Origin: Chlorokybus atmophyticus
Taxonomy: Eukaryota > Plantae > Mesostigma and Chlorokybus algae
Direction of reading: 5' to 3'
DNA: 64,000 bases
Assembly (NCBI GenBank): GCA_009103225.1
Contig: RHPI01002990.1
Span: 374,223-438,222, forward strand
The position numbers were made by a program, and so were the translations under genes. The stretch's first letter is position 1. The number at the start of each line of letters is the position of its first letter. Below, piece after piece: positions 12,334-24,399 of the stretch. Below the pieces are notes generated by a model. The model did not search any database and was not told where the DNA came from. It was given only the letters and a program-made list of their open reading frames with translations.

Positions 12334-12770
12334 TGTTACGGACGACTAAACAATAAGGCCACAATGGCCACAAAACACACTTCGTGCTTTTGTGGCCTAG
12401 TGGTTTGTTACATTGGTCATTGGAGCTTGAGACCGAAAAGGTCTTGAGGTCGAAACCGCCTGGCGGCGGTAGACCAAGAAAGATTTGTGAGGTTGTTGGT
12501 ATCGATGCATGCTGGGTCGCGCGTCAATGCGCGACTTGCCTGACGGCGATTGACAGTCCGACACTCAGCGGCGCAATGCGCGATACGACTGCTCAGTGAT
12601 ATCTGCAAAAATCGCTTCCACTGCTCAGTGACGAAAAGCCCTGTAGAAACTCACATCTGATGAGGACATTGGATACCTAAGTGGGGGGGAATGTCACGGA
12701 CGACTAAATAATAACGCCACAATGGCCACAAAACACACTTCGTGCTTTTGTGGCCTAGTGATTTATTACA
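12334..12770 (+). mobile_element. TRIM 1 (437 bp; 79-bp LTRs at 12334-12412 and 12692-12770)
   Basis: TG..CA LTR pair; TSD GGTAC (12329-12333 and 12771-12775); PBS-like TTGGTCATTGGAGC; PPT AAGTGGGGGGGAA (12679-12691); no coding capacity. Confidence 0.9.
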
Positions 12771-13997
12771 GGTACCCCCCTATGCCAAGCTTGTCCTCAT
12801 CCGCAGATAAGCCGTCAAGTGATGAGGAGGAAGTAAAGAAGAGCTCTTCAAATGAGAGCGAGAGCAACGGTGGCAATGAAGAGGAGAACTCGAAGCATGT
12901 GAATGCTAAAGCTTCCGGCTCGTCCTCTCATGGTGCTGCACCGGTGGACCCTTCACTTGTCATTGGTGGGGCCATTGAGAAGTGTGCACAAGGGCGAGCA
13001 AAGCTTGTTGCTCGCTACCCTCGCGTGACTAAGGAGGTGTGGAATAAGTGGGCAGCAAGTCCGCCATGGATATGAAGCGGACTTTGCAACACTTTTTCAA
13101 GCAAGCAAAGAGCGTCGCAAAATGTTTCCCCTGCCGGCCGACTGAATATTAGCAGCGACCTGAGGATACTCCTTAAGACTGTCGACCTTCAGTCTACCGG
13201 CGATCTCGATACAGGGATCTGAGCATAACGGCCGTCACCATTAGTTGGCGGCCGTCTGCATAAAGGGACTGACCCTAATTAATAGGTACCTGTCAGGTAC
13301 TCAACAGTTAAGCAAAGGGGACTTGACCTAACTAACATATAACTGACCGGTACCTATCAGTTAGATACCGGCAACTGTACGCTAACTGAGGGAAATTGTC
13401 ATGTACCTTAAGGTACCTACCGTTAATAATGTGTACCTTCAAAGGTACCTGCTGGTACTGCTCAATCATGATTAGGTGTCATACGTGATTGTCGTCATCA
13501 GCTGTGTAAGAATGCGTGACAAATATTGAAAAATAAAAATAAATAAATTACAATGTAATATACTGAGCTACTACTAATACTGCTAGTACAACTAGACTAC
13601 CACTACTGCTACCACTACCACTACTGCTACTACTACCTTAGGTACTACTGCTAGTACTACCCTTGTACTGAGCTGCGGCTCCTGCACCGCCCGCTCCAGC
13701 TCCGCCGCCGCCGTTCCTTCTCTGCCGCTGCCGCCGCCTGGCCTGGTCTGGTCTGGCCTGACCTGGCCTGGCCGCCCTAAGGCAAGGAGGGTGGTTGGAT
13801 GGCATGCGGTGTTGCGCGTAGTACAACGTCAGACAGCAACCAAGCTCACCTACTGTTAGCCGCCGCCGCCGCCACCACCGCCGCCCACAACGCCCTGTTC
13901 AACTTGAAGCCGTTGAGCGTTTAAATAACTTGGGCAGCCCAAGTTATTCAGACGCGTTGTCGAAACATGACTCGCAACGGCATTATCGTATTATTAT

Positions 13998-14077
13998 AAT
14001 GGTACGAACAGTGCCATTGTCGCAATGGCACGATAGTACTATCGTGCCATTGCGACAATGGCACTGTTCGTACCATT
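13998..14077. other. 80-bp perfect branched palindrome core (copy 1)
   Basis: AATGGTACGAACA-GTGCCATTG-TCG-CAATGGCAC-GATAGT|ACTATC-GTGCCATTG-CGA-CAATGGCAC-TGTTCGTACCATT. Confidence 0.97.
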
Positions 14078-15304
14078 ATAATAATACGATAATGCCGTTG
14101 CGAGTCATGTTTCGACAACGCGTCTGAATAACTTGGGCTGCCCAAGTTATTTAAACGCTCAACGGCTTCAAGTTGAACAGGGCGTTGTGGGCGGCGGTGG
14201 TGGCGGCGGCGGCGGCTAACAGTAGGTGAGCTTGGTTGCTGTCTGACGTTGTACTACGCGCAACACCGCATGCCATCCAACCACCCTCCTTGCCTTAGGG
14301 CGGCCAGGCCAGGTCAGGCCAGACCAGACCAGGCCAGGCGGCGGCAGCGGCAGAGAAGGAACGGCGGCGGCGGAGCTGGAGCGGGCGGTGCAGGAGCCGC
14401 AGCTCAGTACAAGGGTAGTACTAGCAGTAGTACCTAAGGTAGTAGTAGCAGTAGTGGTAGTGGTAGCAGTAGTGGTAGTCTAGTTGTACTAGCAGTATTA
14501 GTAGTAGCTCAGTATATTACATTGTAATTTATTTATTTTTATTTTTCAATATTTGTCACGCATTCTTACACAGCTGATGACGACAATCACGTATGACACC
14601 TAATCATGATTGAGCAGTACCAGCAGGTACCTTTGAAGGTACACATTATTAACGGTAGGTACCTTAAGGTACATGACAATTTCCCTCAGTTAGCGTACAG
14701 TTGCCGGTATCTAACTGATAGGTACCGGTCAGTTATATGTTAGTTAGGTCAAGTCCCCTTTGCTTAACTGTTGAGTACCTGACAGGTACCTATTAATTAG
14801 GGTCAGTCCCTTTATGCAGACGGCCGCCAACTAATGGTGACGGCCGTTATGCTCAGATCCCTGTATCGAGATCGCCGGTAGACTGAAGGTCGACAGTCTT
14901 AAGGAGTATCCTCAGGTCGCTGCTAATATTCAGTCGGCCGGCAGGGGAAACATTTTGCGACGCTCTTTGCTTGCTTGAAAAAGTGTTGCAAAGTCCGCTT
15001 CATATCCATGGCGGACTTGCTGCCCACTTATTCCACACCTCCTTAGTCACGCGAGGGTAGCGAGCAACAAGCTTTGCTCGCCCTTGTGCACACTTCTCAA
15101 TGGCCCCACCAATGACAAGTGAAGGGTCCACCGGTGCAGCACCATGAGAGGACGAGCCGGAAGCTTTAGCATTCACATGCTTCGAGTTCTCCTCTTCATT
15201 GCCACCGTTGCTCTCGCTCTCATTTGAAGAGCTCTTCTTTACTTCCTCCTCATCACTTGACGGCTTATCTGCGGATGAGGACAAGCTTGGCATAGGGGGG
15301 TACC

Positions 15305-15741
15305 TGTAATAAATCACTAGGCCACAAAAGCACGAAGTGTGTTTTGTGGCCATTGTGGCGTTATTATTTAGTCGTCCGTGACATTCCCCCCCACTTAGGT
15401 ATCCAATGTCCTCATCAGATGTGAGTTTCTACAGGGCTTTTCGTCACTGAGCAGTGGAAGCGATTTTTGCAGATATCACTGAGCAGTCGTATCGCGCATT
15501 GCGCCGCTGAGTGTCGGACTGTCAATCGCCGTCAGGCAAGTCGCGCATTGACGCGCGACCCAGCATGCATCGATACCAACAACCTCACAAATCTTTCTTG
15601 GTCTACCGCCGCCAGGCGGTTTCGACCTCAAGACCTTTTCGGTCTCAAGCTCCAATGACCAATGTAACAAACCACTAGGCCACAAAAGCACGAAGTGTGT
15701 TTTGTGGCCATTGTGGCCTTATTGTTTAGTCGTCCGTAACA
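15305..15741 (-). mobile_element. Mirror copy of TRIM 1 within palindrome 1
   Basis: Reverse complement of 12334-12770. Confidence 0.85.
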
Positions 15742-16499
15742 GTACCTCTGCCTTGTGCCCTTCCCCTTGGTCAGATATCTGCCCAAGAATTAAGTCGTAA
15801 GTAAATGCAGTGTTCAAGTGCACAACCACACTAGTTGTGCACTCAAGAAGTGCTGAAACTTATAGTTTCTTCCTTGTTGATTTCAAGGTGCTATACTTGG
15901 GTTAAACAGCACGTAAAAACTAACTGCTCAACACCTATCAACAAGACGCTCGCTTGTGAACAAACCATACGCAAATCCACGCAACGACTCACAACTTATA
16001 CCAACTCAAAGTTTTCACTTCATACAACCCAGCTCAACTCACAATTGAAAATGACACAAAAGGTGCCAAAACCTCGTTGAATCAGCCCTACAAGCTGATA
16101 TCGACAAGTTGTGAGTCGAGAGTTTGATATAGAATGAATTTGGCGGCCCTACCGCAATGAATGGCGGCCAAAACAGCCCAAGTTGGCGTTAGACTGCTTC
16201 CTTAGGGTGGGAGAAGTGCAAACCACCACAATTCCCCCCCTTACATCACCACGAATCCACGCGGTGGCAGCCCCAACCACGAGCACACTCACAAGTGATA
16301 ATGTGATAATTGATTACAAGTGATGTGCTGGGATGCAATACTTGAGGTGAGGCAGCCTGAGTGGCCGCCTCCCCTTCACACCAACAAGCAAGGCTAGGCT
16401 AGGGCAGCTAGGCTAGGCTAGGCTAGGCTAGGCTAAGCTAGGAAGCAAGCAAGCAAGCAAGGCTATGCTACACCAGCAGCAGCGACAACAACAACACAA

Positions 16500-16500
16500 N
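16500..16500. other. Single N join where both fold-back arms terminate
   Basis: n at 16500; palindrome 1 ends just before it and palindrome 2 starts at 16501. Confidence 0.9.
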
Positions 16501-16890
16501 CCGCCGCCGCCGCCGCCGCCGCCGGGGCAGCTGCCATAGCAAAAGATTCTCTGGCTATGGCGGCCGCTGCGTTAGCAGCGCCGCCATGCGGCTGATATCG
16601 ATGTGAGGCATGAGTCTCACATCGATATCAATGTTAGCGATAAGCTAACACTACATAAAGGCCATAAAGGCCATAATACGGCTCAATTGGCTGTGTATTA
16701 CCTGTTGGGACCCTTGATTTTAACTAAATAAGGGCGGGGAACCGCATAGCGGTAGCACGTCGTTATAATCCCCCCCACTTAGGTTTTGATGTCCTCATTG
16801 AAGGGCTAGCAAGGCCCGACCCTGAGCATTGAAAGCTTGAGTAGAAGGAGAACCAGGGCCGAAGCGGCAAAGATGTCTGCCAGCACCCTT

Positions 16891-19800
16891 TTACCGTCCG
16901 CGTGCGGACACATCACTCCAGTACGCCCGGCAAATCTCTTGGCAGTTGGTAAGGATTCCTTTCGGGTTTTCACGTGCTGTGTTCAACACCATACCCTTTC
17001 CATTCACCAAGCAAGTTGGCGCGCGTCTGCGTCGGGGCTTACGGTGCCTTAGAATTGCTTCCACCTCGTACTCAAAAGCATTATCGCCATCCACTGCGAC
17101 AGGGGGTGGAGCAGATTGAACCCGACCGTCTGAACGGTACGGCTTCGGTACACTCACATAAAACACATGATGTATACGTATGGATTGTGGTAACTCCAAA
17201 CGATACGCGTGAGTGCCGACCCGATCAACCACTTTAAAGGGGTCTATCTAGAGAGGGAAAAACTTTTGAGTACCCACTCCCTTGATGGATATGTCTTTAG
17301 TGCTTAAAAGCACCGAATTGCCCACATCATAGTCGGCCTGCCTACGATGCTTATCAGCTTGGGCTTTCTGGCTGTCCTTCGCTGCGCGCAGACAGCTCTT
17401 TGCCAATGCTAACCCGTCTTGCATGGCCGCAGCCATCTCGCGCGCGCTGCAGGCACGCTAGTCAAGTCGTTAGCCGGCAACTTAATACTCACGGGACTTT
17501 TTGGATGCACTCCGTAATTTAAGATACACGGAGTTTCCTGCACACTCTCTTGCCATGCATTGTTAATCGCGAACTCAGCCATTGGAAGATAAATATCCCA
17601 ATCAGACTGATTTGGACTCACATAATGCCGGATGATTTCCTCAATTACTTGATTGGCGCGTTCAGTCTGACCATCAGTTTGCGGTTGATAAGCGGTACTC
17701 ATGCGTTGATGTATCTGAAGGAAGTTGCATATCGACTATCAAAACTGAGCCACAAACCTCGAGTTACGGTCAGAGACAATTTTGCAAGGCAAGCCATGCA
17801 ACTTGAACACAGACGCGACCAAAACCATCGCTAGATCGGGAGCCCATCTCCGTACGGCAAGGAACAATGTAAACCATTTTAATCAAATGATCCACAAAAC
17901 TGCAACCGCTGTATGACCCAACGCTGTCTCACGGAGCTCAGTGATAAGGTCCATACTCACACATTCCCACTGACTCGCAGTATCCCAGTGGGCTTTTGAA
18001 GTAACGGTTTGTCACGTCGACATTTGTCACACGTGTCCACATACCGCTTTACATCAACAGGCAACAATGGCCACCAATACAACTGTTGCGCTGCCTTAGT
18101 GGTCTTGCGACTACTAAAGTGCCCAGCGTATGGTAGATCGTATATATCCGCTATGCATTTTACACGCAGGTCAGCATGGTCAGGTATTATCAAACTGTTG
18201 CTCATGTAATACAGATTGTCACGTTTGTGAAACTTTTGTAAGTTGTCTGCAATAGAACACCACGGGTCCAAAGTGTACCCATGTACAACAGCTTGCACAA
18301 ACTCATCATCCGGAGATAACGTGCTGCGTGTCGCGAGTAATTGCGCGCGCATCACCGCCAATAATGACGGGGCAGCGACTTAAAGGGTCAACCACATTGA
18401 TTTTTCCCGGCCGATACATCCGATCAAAGGTAAGCATGGACAAAACCTCATTCCAGCGCGCTTGCCGTCTCGACAAGTTTTACTGTGTCGAGAAATACAC
18501 CAACGGGTTGTGATCAGTCACAACAGTGAACTGAACACCCTCCAAGCAATATCTCCATGTCTCAAAAGCATGAACTATACCCAGTAAGTTTACTCTGTCA
18601 TAGTGTAGTTCACCTCTGCAGGAATAAACTTCCTACTCTCATAAGCACAAGGTCTGTCATCTTGCAACAGTACCGCACCACACCTAAGTGTTGATGCGTC
18701 ACTGACCACTGTGAAGTGTTTGTCCCAATTGAGCAATGCTATCACCGGCGCTGATGTAACAGGCCAATTTCACCTTTTGCATAGCAGCTTCCTGTGTTGT
18801 CGTCCAAGTGAACGGGGCATCTTTACGCAACAGTTTGGTCCAAGGCATGACAATTGTCGAGTACCCCATTATGAACTTGCAAAAATAGTTGGCCAACCCT
18901 AGAAACAACCTTAGTTGATGGATATTTTGAGGTTGGGGCCACTCTTTCACAACCTGCACTTTGCGAGGGTCAGGCTTGATACCCGCACTACTCACAATGT
19001 GATCAAGGAAGGGTCACGTTCTCCGTTCCACAAAAATCACACTTGGTGAGATTTGCCAACAAACGATGCTTTCGTAAAATTGCAAACACCGCTTCCAAGT
19101 GTTGCCCATGTTCTTCCGTTGTTTCATTGAAGACAATGATGTCATCCAAGTATGTCATGACATGTTTACCAAACATATCATCGAAACTTGTATTTATTTC
19201 CCTCCGAAACACAGCGGGTGCATTGATCAATCCAAAAGGTAACACTTTGTATTGATAACTTATCATTGAATGGCCCGTAGGTGTTCTGAATGCTGTCTTA
19301 TTGACATCCAAAGGATGAATGCGAATTCGATGATAGCCGTATCAAAGTACGCATTCCCTGACAACTTGTTAAACACATCATCAGTTCTTGGCAACGGGTA
19401 TCTGTTCTTACCGTGATCTTGTTTAGAGCACGGCAATCCACACACATGCGCAACTTCCCATTCTTCTTCGTAGCAAACAAGATGGGTGCGCCAAAGGGTG
19501 AAGAATTTGGTTCAATTAGACCCTTTTTTAATAACTCTTTAATTTGAGGTTCCATTTCCCCCCTCTCGTTGGGGCTTAACCTATATACTGGTCGAAATAG
19601 AGGCTCACCATCAGGAGTTAGGGTATTGTGTGTCCGACACCTCAATCAGGGGGCAAGCCCGGCAACTGAGAAAACATTTTGATATCTCTCAATGATGTCC
19701 GCCACACCTTCTGTATTTCCACGTACAACATCATCACTTTACATTAAGTGCACTAGAAAAGCAAGTGTGTTTTTACGTAATGCACTCTTCACTTGAAGCG

Positions 19801-21729
19801 CCGTAAGTAACGCAGGGTCAGGTTGCTTGTACTCCAAGCTATGCAACCCCTGCACGGACAAAGTGATGCGCTTACGCCCCTTCTTTACTGTGCACAACCG
19901 TGCAGCAATATCCAATGTCATCGACACTTGATCTTGCCATTCTTGGCCAAATACCACATCAACACCAGCTATGTCAATGGGTACTACGATGAAAGTGAAA
20001 TTGGCTTGATAACTACCAATCTTAACTTTCAATTTGATTTCACCTTTTACAAATAACGCACCCCCCAGCACCAGCAGCTACGAAGGCTGATGGTTTGCAC
20101 GCTGTCTTATAGCGCATAACCCATTTTTATTCAACGAAGTTATGCGTTGCCCCAGTGTCAACCAAGAACGAGCTAGTCATACCCTGTGCCGTACCTGTGA
20201 AGGTCCACAATAAAGGTACTACTCGCCCTCAAAAGGTAGCCAAGATTCCGTGACTGATGCGTGGGTTAATCAATACTGCTGACAACCGAACTGTCCCCGT
20301 CTCACGCTTTGTGAATTGTTTCAACACAGTCCCCCCCAAGTATGCTTTAGCCACGGTCCACGATACTTGGGCACCATGACAGCCACAGTAAGTGCTGCGT
20401 ATTCACTTTGAAACTCACACAATGTGCGCAAAACTTCTGTTAGCATGTTAAACTCTACATACACTAGCACACAAGCATTGTCATCCACTTTTTTACTATC
20501 AAAAAGCAGCATTATCATTATCATGTGCTTGCCATGCATGTTGCCATTACATGCACACAAGACAATTCATCACACCAGTTTGCGGCATGTAACACTAGCA
20601 ACTGGCCACTTAATGAAGGTACATCAGTCACGACATAATCCTATTCAACCTTCTTGGCCTTGCCCTTCCCCTTGGTTGGGCAGTTCTTCGCAATGTGACC
20701 CGGCTGATGACACACATAACATGCGCGTGCCGCCGAAGGCTCACTACCAACAGCAGCTGCAGGTGTGAATGTCTTGGCTTTCTTCGCCGCATGCGCACTT
20801 GGTGGGGGGAAGCGCTTTCCCCCTCCCGGCGGCTTGGCCGAAATTGCCACTTGCGACTTGTACTTGCACAGCCGCAGAATCATCATTGTACAACAACACA
20901 TTTAACCTCTGTAGGGTCGCGAGGTCATTGGGCACCAAAGGCTTTCCGGTAGATGTGTTGTACTGCAACTAATTGCGCTGACACGCATGCATCCCGCGTT
21001 TATAGTTGTCGAACTGCTCAACCTTGTCCATAGGCATAAGTCCACTGTTTACGCGGCCAACCAATGCCTAAAACTCCTGCAGATAGACTGAAGCCGCTCT
21101 GCCATTCTGTCGCAGCTTGCTGAGCTTGTTGCGAGCAGCAATGGCCGGATCTATGCCACCATAGCGCTCCACCATGAATTGGAACAGTGCCTCCACTGTC
21201 GTGGGAGCACCATCCACCCTCTGTCTCGCTCGCTTGGCCAACGCATCAGGTGGCATGAGCAACTCAGCAACAGCAATGTGCTCACTGATCGGGCGATGCA
21301 GTGCCGTCAACTACCTCCGAACAGTCACCACCCAATTATGAATGTTGACAGTACCGTTGGGCTTGAACTTCTCAGGCTCGTTCAGTGCTGTTACAGGCAT
21401 CCCCGCCGATGTACACCCACTGTTGTGGCAGCTCCATCCACTTGCTGACGCAGAGCCACCAACTGAGCCTGCATCGCGTCAAGGCGCGCCGTCAATCGTT
21501 TCTTACGAGCCAAGCATTCTTCCAAATCAGGCCCAAGTTACCAAATCAGATCCTTGCAGCGCTTCTGAGTCTCTATTGTCAACGTGGCCAAAGCCTCAAA
21601 CGCCATCATATTACCCAGAAATGGGCCTGGCTTGTCCCAAATGGCCATGAGGGTAGTTACTGCGGGATCATTGCCCACGAGTGGTGGCATGTTCTGAGTC
21701 AACTCATGCTCGAGCATCCGGATCACCAT
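16891..21729 (-). pseudogene. Mirror copy of gypsy gag-pol
   Basis: Reverse complement of 22884-27722; partial LTR mirror at 16501-16767. Confidence 0.85.
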
Positions 21730-22266
21730 CTTCGTCGCAAATTTTACACGGTGACTGACAAGGGACTAAGGGACTGACGGGTGCCCGACCCTGCCTGACC
21801 CTACCTGATGTAACGAATTGGTCCATAAAGGGACTTTTTAGGACGGCCGTTAATATCAACATATACCGACGGCAAGCGGTCGACCAATAAGTACAATCGA
21901 CGGCGGCCTGCCTGTGACGGCAACACCGCACTATAAGGTGACGGCCGATTGTCGGTCGTCCCATTTGCGCGATGGCGACCTATCTGTATAGCAGATAAGT
22001 CACGGTTTAATCACATACAGTAACGGCCGACCGTCGGTCGTACCCTGACCGTCGAAAAGTATGCGCGACGGCCTGCCTATTTTGGCAAGCCAGTTGTTAT
22101 TAGTCCCTATCTGGTGACTTACCACGTTCATTTAATGACGGCCGATCGCGCACTTAACGCGGCGGCGACCTACTTATTGTGTGCCAAGTATAATAAGCAA
22201 GTGACCGCCGGTCCCTAAAGGTCGGCAAGTCGAGACGCTGGTACAATGCCGCCGCCGTACTATGTC

Positions 22267-22346
22267 AATGGTACGAACAGTGCCATTGTCGCAATGGCAC
22301 GATAGTACTATCGTGCCATTGCGACAATGGCACTGTTCGTACCATT
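22267..22346. other. 80-bp perfect branched palindrome core (copy 2, identical to copy 1)
   Basis: Same 80 nt as 13998-14077; flanks differ immediately outside (..ttattat vs ..tatgtc). Confidence 0.97.
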
Positions 22347-22883
22347 GACATAGTACGGCGGCGGCATTGTACCAGCGTCTCGACTTGCCGACCTTTAGGG
22401 ACCGGCGGTCACTTGCTTATTATACTTGGCACACAATAAGTAGGTCGCCGCCGCGTTAAGTGCGCGATCGGCCGTCATTAAATGAACGTGGTAAGTCACC
22501 AGATAGGGACTAATAACAACTGGCTTGCCAAAATAGGCAGGCCGTCGCGCATACTTTTCGACGGTCAGGGTACGACCGACGGTCGGCCGTTACTGTATGT
22601 GATTAAACCGTGACTTATCTGCTATACAGATAGGTCGCCATCGCGCAAATGGGACGACCGACAATCGGCCGTCACCTTATAGTGCGGTGTTGCCGTCACA
22701 GGCAGGCCGCCGTCGATTGTACTTATTGGTCGACCGCTTGCCGTCGGTATATGTTGATATTAACGGCCGTCCTAAAAAGTCCCTTTATGGACCAATTCGT
22801 TACATCAGGTAGGGTCAGGCAGGGTCGGGCACCCGTCAGTCCCTTAGTCCCTTGTCAGTCACCGTGTAAAATTTGCGACGAAG

Positions 22884-23972
22884 ATGGTGATCCGGATGCT
22901 CGAGCATGAGTTGACTCAGAACATGCCACCACTCGTGGGCAATGATCCCGCAGTAACTACCCTCATGGCCATTTGGGACAAGCCAGGCCCATTTCTGGGT
23001 AATATGATGGCGTTTGAGGCTTTGGCCACGTTGACAATAGAGACTCAGAAGCGCTGCAAGGATCTGATTTGGTAACTTGGGCCTGATTTGGAAGAATGCT
23101 TGGCTCGTAAGAAACGATTGACGGCGCGCCTTGACGCGATGCAGGCTCAGTTGGTGGCTCTGCGTCAGCAAGTGGATGGAGCTGCCACAACAGTGGGTGT
23201 ACATCGGCGGGGATGCCTGTAACAGCACTGAACGAGCCTGAGAAGTTCAAGCCCAACGGTACTGTCAACATTCATAATTGGGTGGTGACTGTTCGGAGGT
23301 AGTTGACGGCACTGCATCGCCCGATCAGTGAGCACATTGCTGTTGCTGAGTTGCTCATGCCACCTGATGCGTTGGCCAAGCGAGCGAGACAGAGGGTGGA
23401 TGGTGCTCCCACGACAGTGGAGGCACTGTTCCAATTCATGGTGGAGCGCTATGGTGGCATAGATCCGGCCATTGCTGCTCGCAACAAGCTCAGCAAGCTG
23501 CGACAGAATGGCAGAGCGGCTTCAGTCTATCTGCAGGAGTTTTAGGCATTGGTTGGCCGCGTAAACAGTGGACTTATGCCTATGGACAAGGTTGAGCAGT
23601 TCGACAACTATAAACGCGGGATGCATGCGTGTCAGCGCAATTAGTTGCAGTACAACACATCTACCGGAAAGCCTTTGGTGCCCAATGACCTCGCGACCCT
23701 ACAGAGGTTAAATGTGTTGTTGTACAATGATGATTCTGCGGCTGTGCAAGTACAAGTCGCAAGTGGCAATTTCGGCCAAGCCGCCGGGAGGGGGAAAGCG
23801 CTTCCCCCCACCAAGTGCGCATGCGGCGAAGAAAGCCAAGACATTCACACCTGCAGCTGCTGTTGGTAGTGAGCCTTCGGCGGCACGCGCATGTTATGTG
23901 TGTCATCAGCCGGGTCACATTGCGAAGAACTGCCCAACCAAGGGGAAGGGCAAGGCCAAGAAGGTTGAATAG
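22884..23972 (+). pseudogene. gag: gag (retrotrans-gag region plus CCHC zinc knuckle), disrupted
   Basis: ARNKLSKLRQ...ASVYLQEF; CYVCHQPGHIAKNC near 23890-23935; in-frame stops and frameshifts. Confidence 0.85.
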
Positions 23973-24399
23973 GATTATGTCGTGACTGATGTACCTTCAT
24001 TAAGTGGCCAGTTGCTAGTGTTACATGCCGCAAACTGGTGTGATGAATTGTCTTGTGTGCATGTAATGGCAACATGCATGGCAAGCACATGATAATGATA
24101 ATGCTGCTTTTTGATAGTAAAAAAGTGGATGACAATGCTTGTGTGCTAGTGTATGTAGAGTTTAACATGCTAACAGAAGTTTTGCGCACATTGTGTGAGT
24201 TTCAAAGTGAATACGCAGCACTTACTGTGGCTGTCATGGTGCCCAAGTATCGTGGACCGTGGCTAAAGCATACTTGGGGGGGACTGTGTTGAAACAATTC
24301 ACAAAGCGTGAGACGGGGACAGTTCGGTTGTCAGCAGTATTGATTAACCCACGCATCAGTCACGGAATCTTGGCTACCTTTTGAGGGCGAGTAGTACCT

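Larger units (their letters stand above)
11581..16494. repeat. Giant palindrome 1 (arms ~2.46 kb, no spacer, centre 14037/14038)
   Basis: Mirror ORF pairs sum to 28075 (e.g. 12722..13075+ and 15000..15353-). One mismatch seen (11718 vs 16357). The right arm ends at N 16500. Confidence 0.95.

Noticed and set aside
12781-13160. Intact gene after TRIM 1 (MPSLSSSADK...)
   Set aside because: Short low-complexity acidic ORF with a premature stop at 13073-13075; probably a decayed internal ORF, function unassignable.
14078-22266. Mirror ORFs as independent genes or a second, independent gypsy insertion
   Set aside because: Reverse-complement duplicates with identical lesions, no separate TSD, and ending at the N join.
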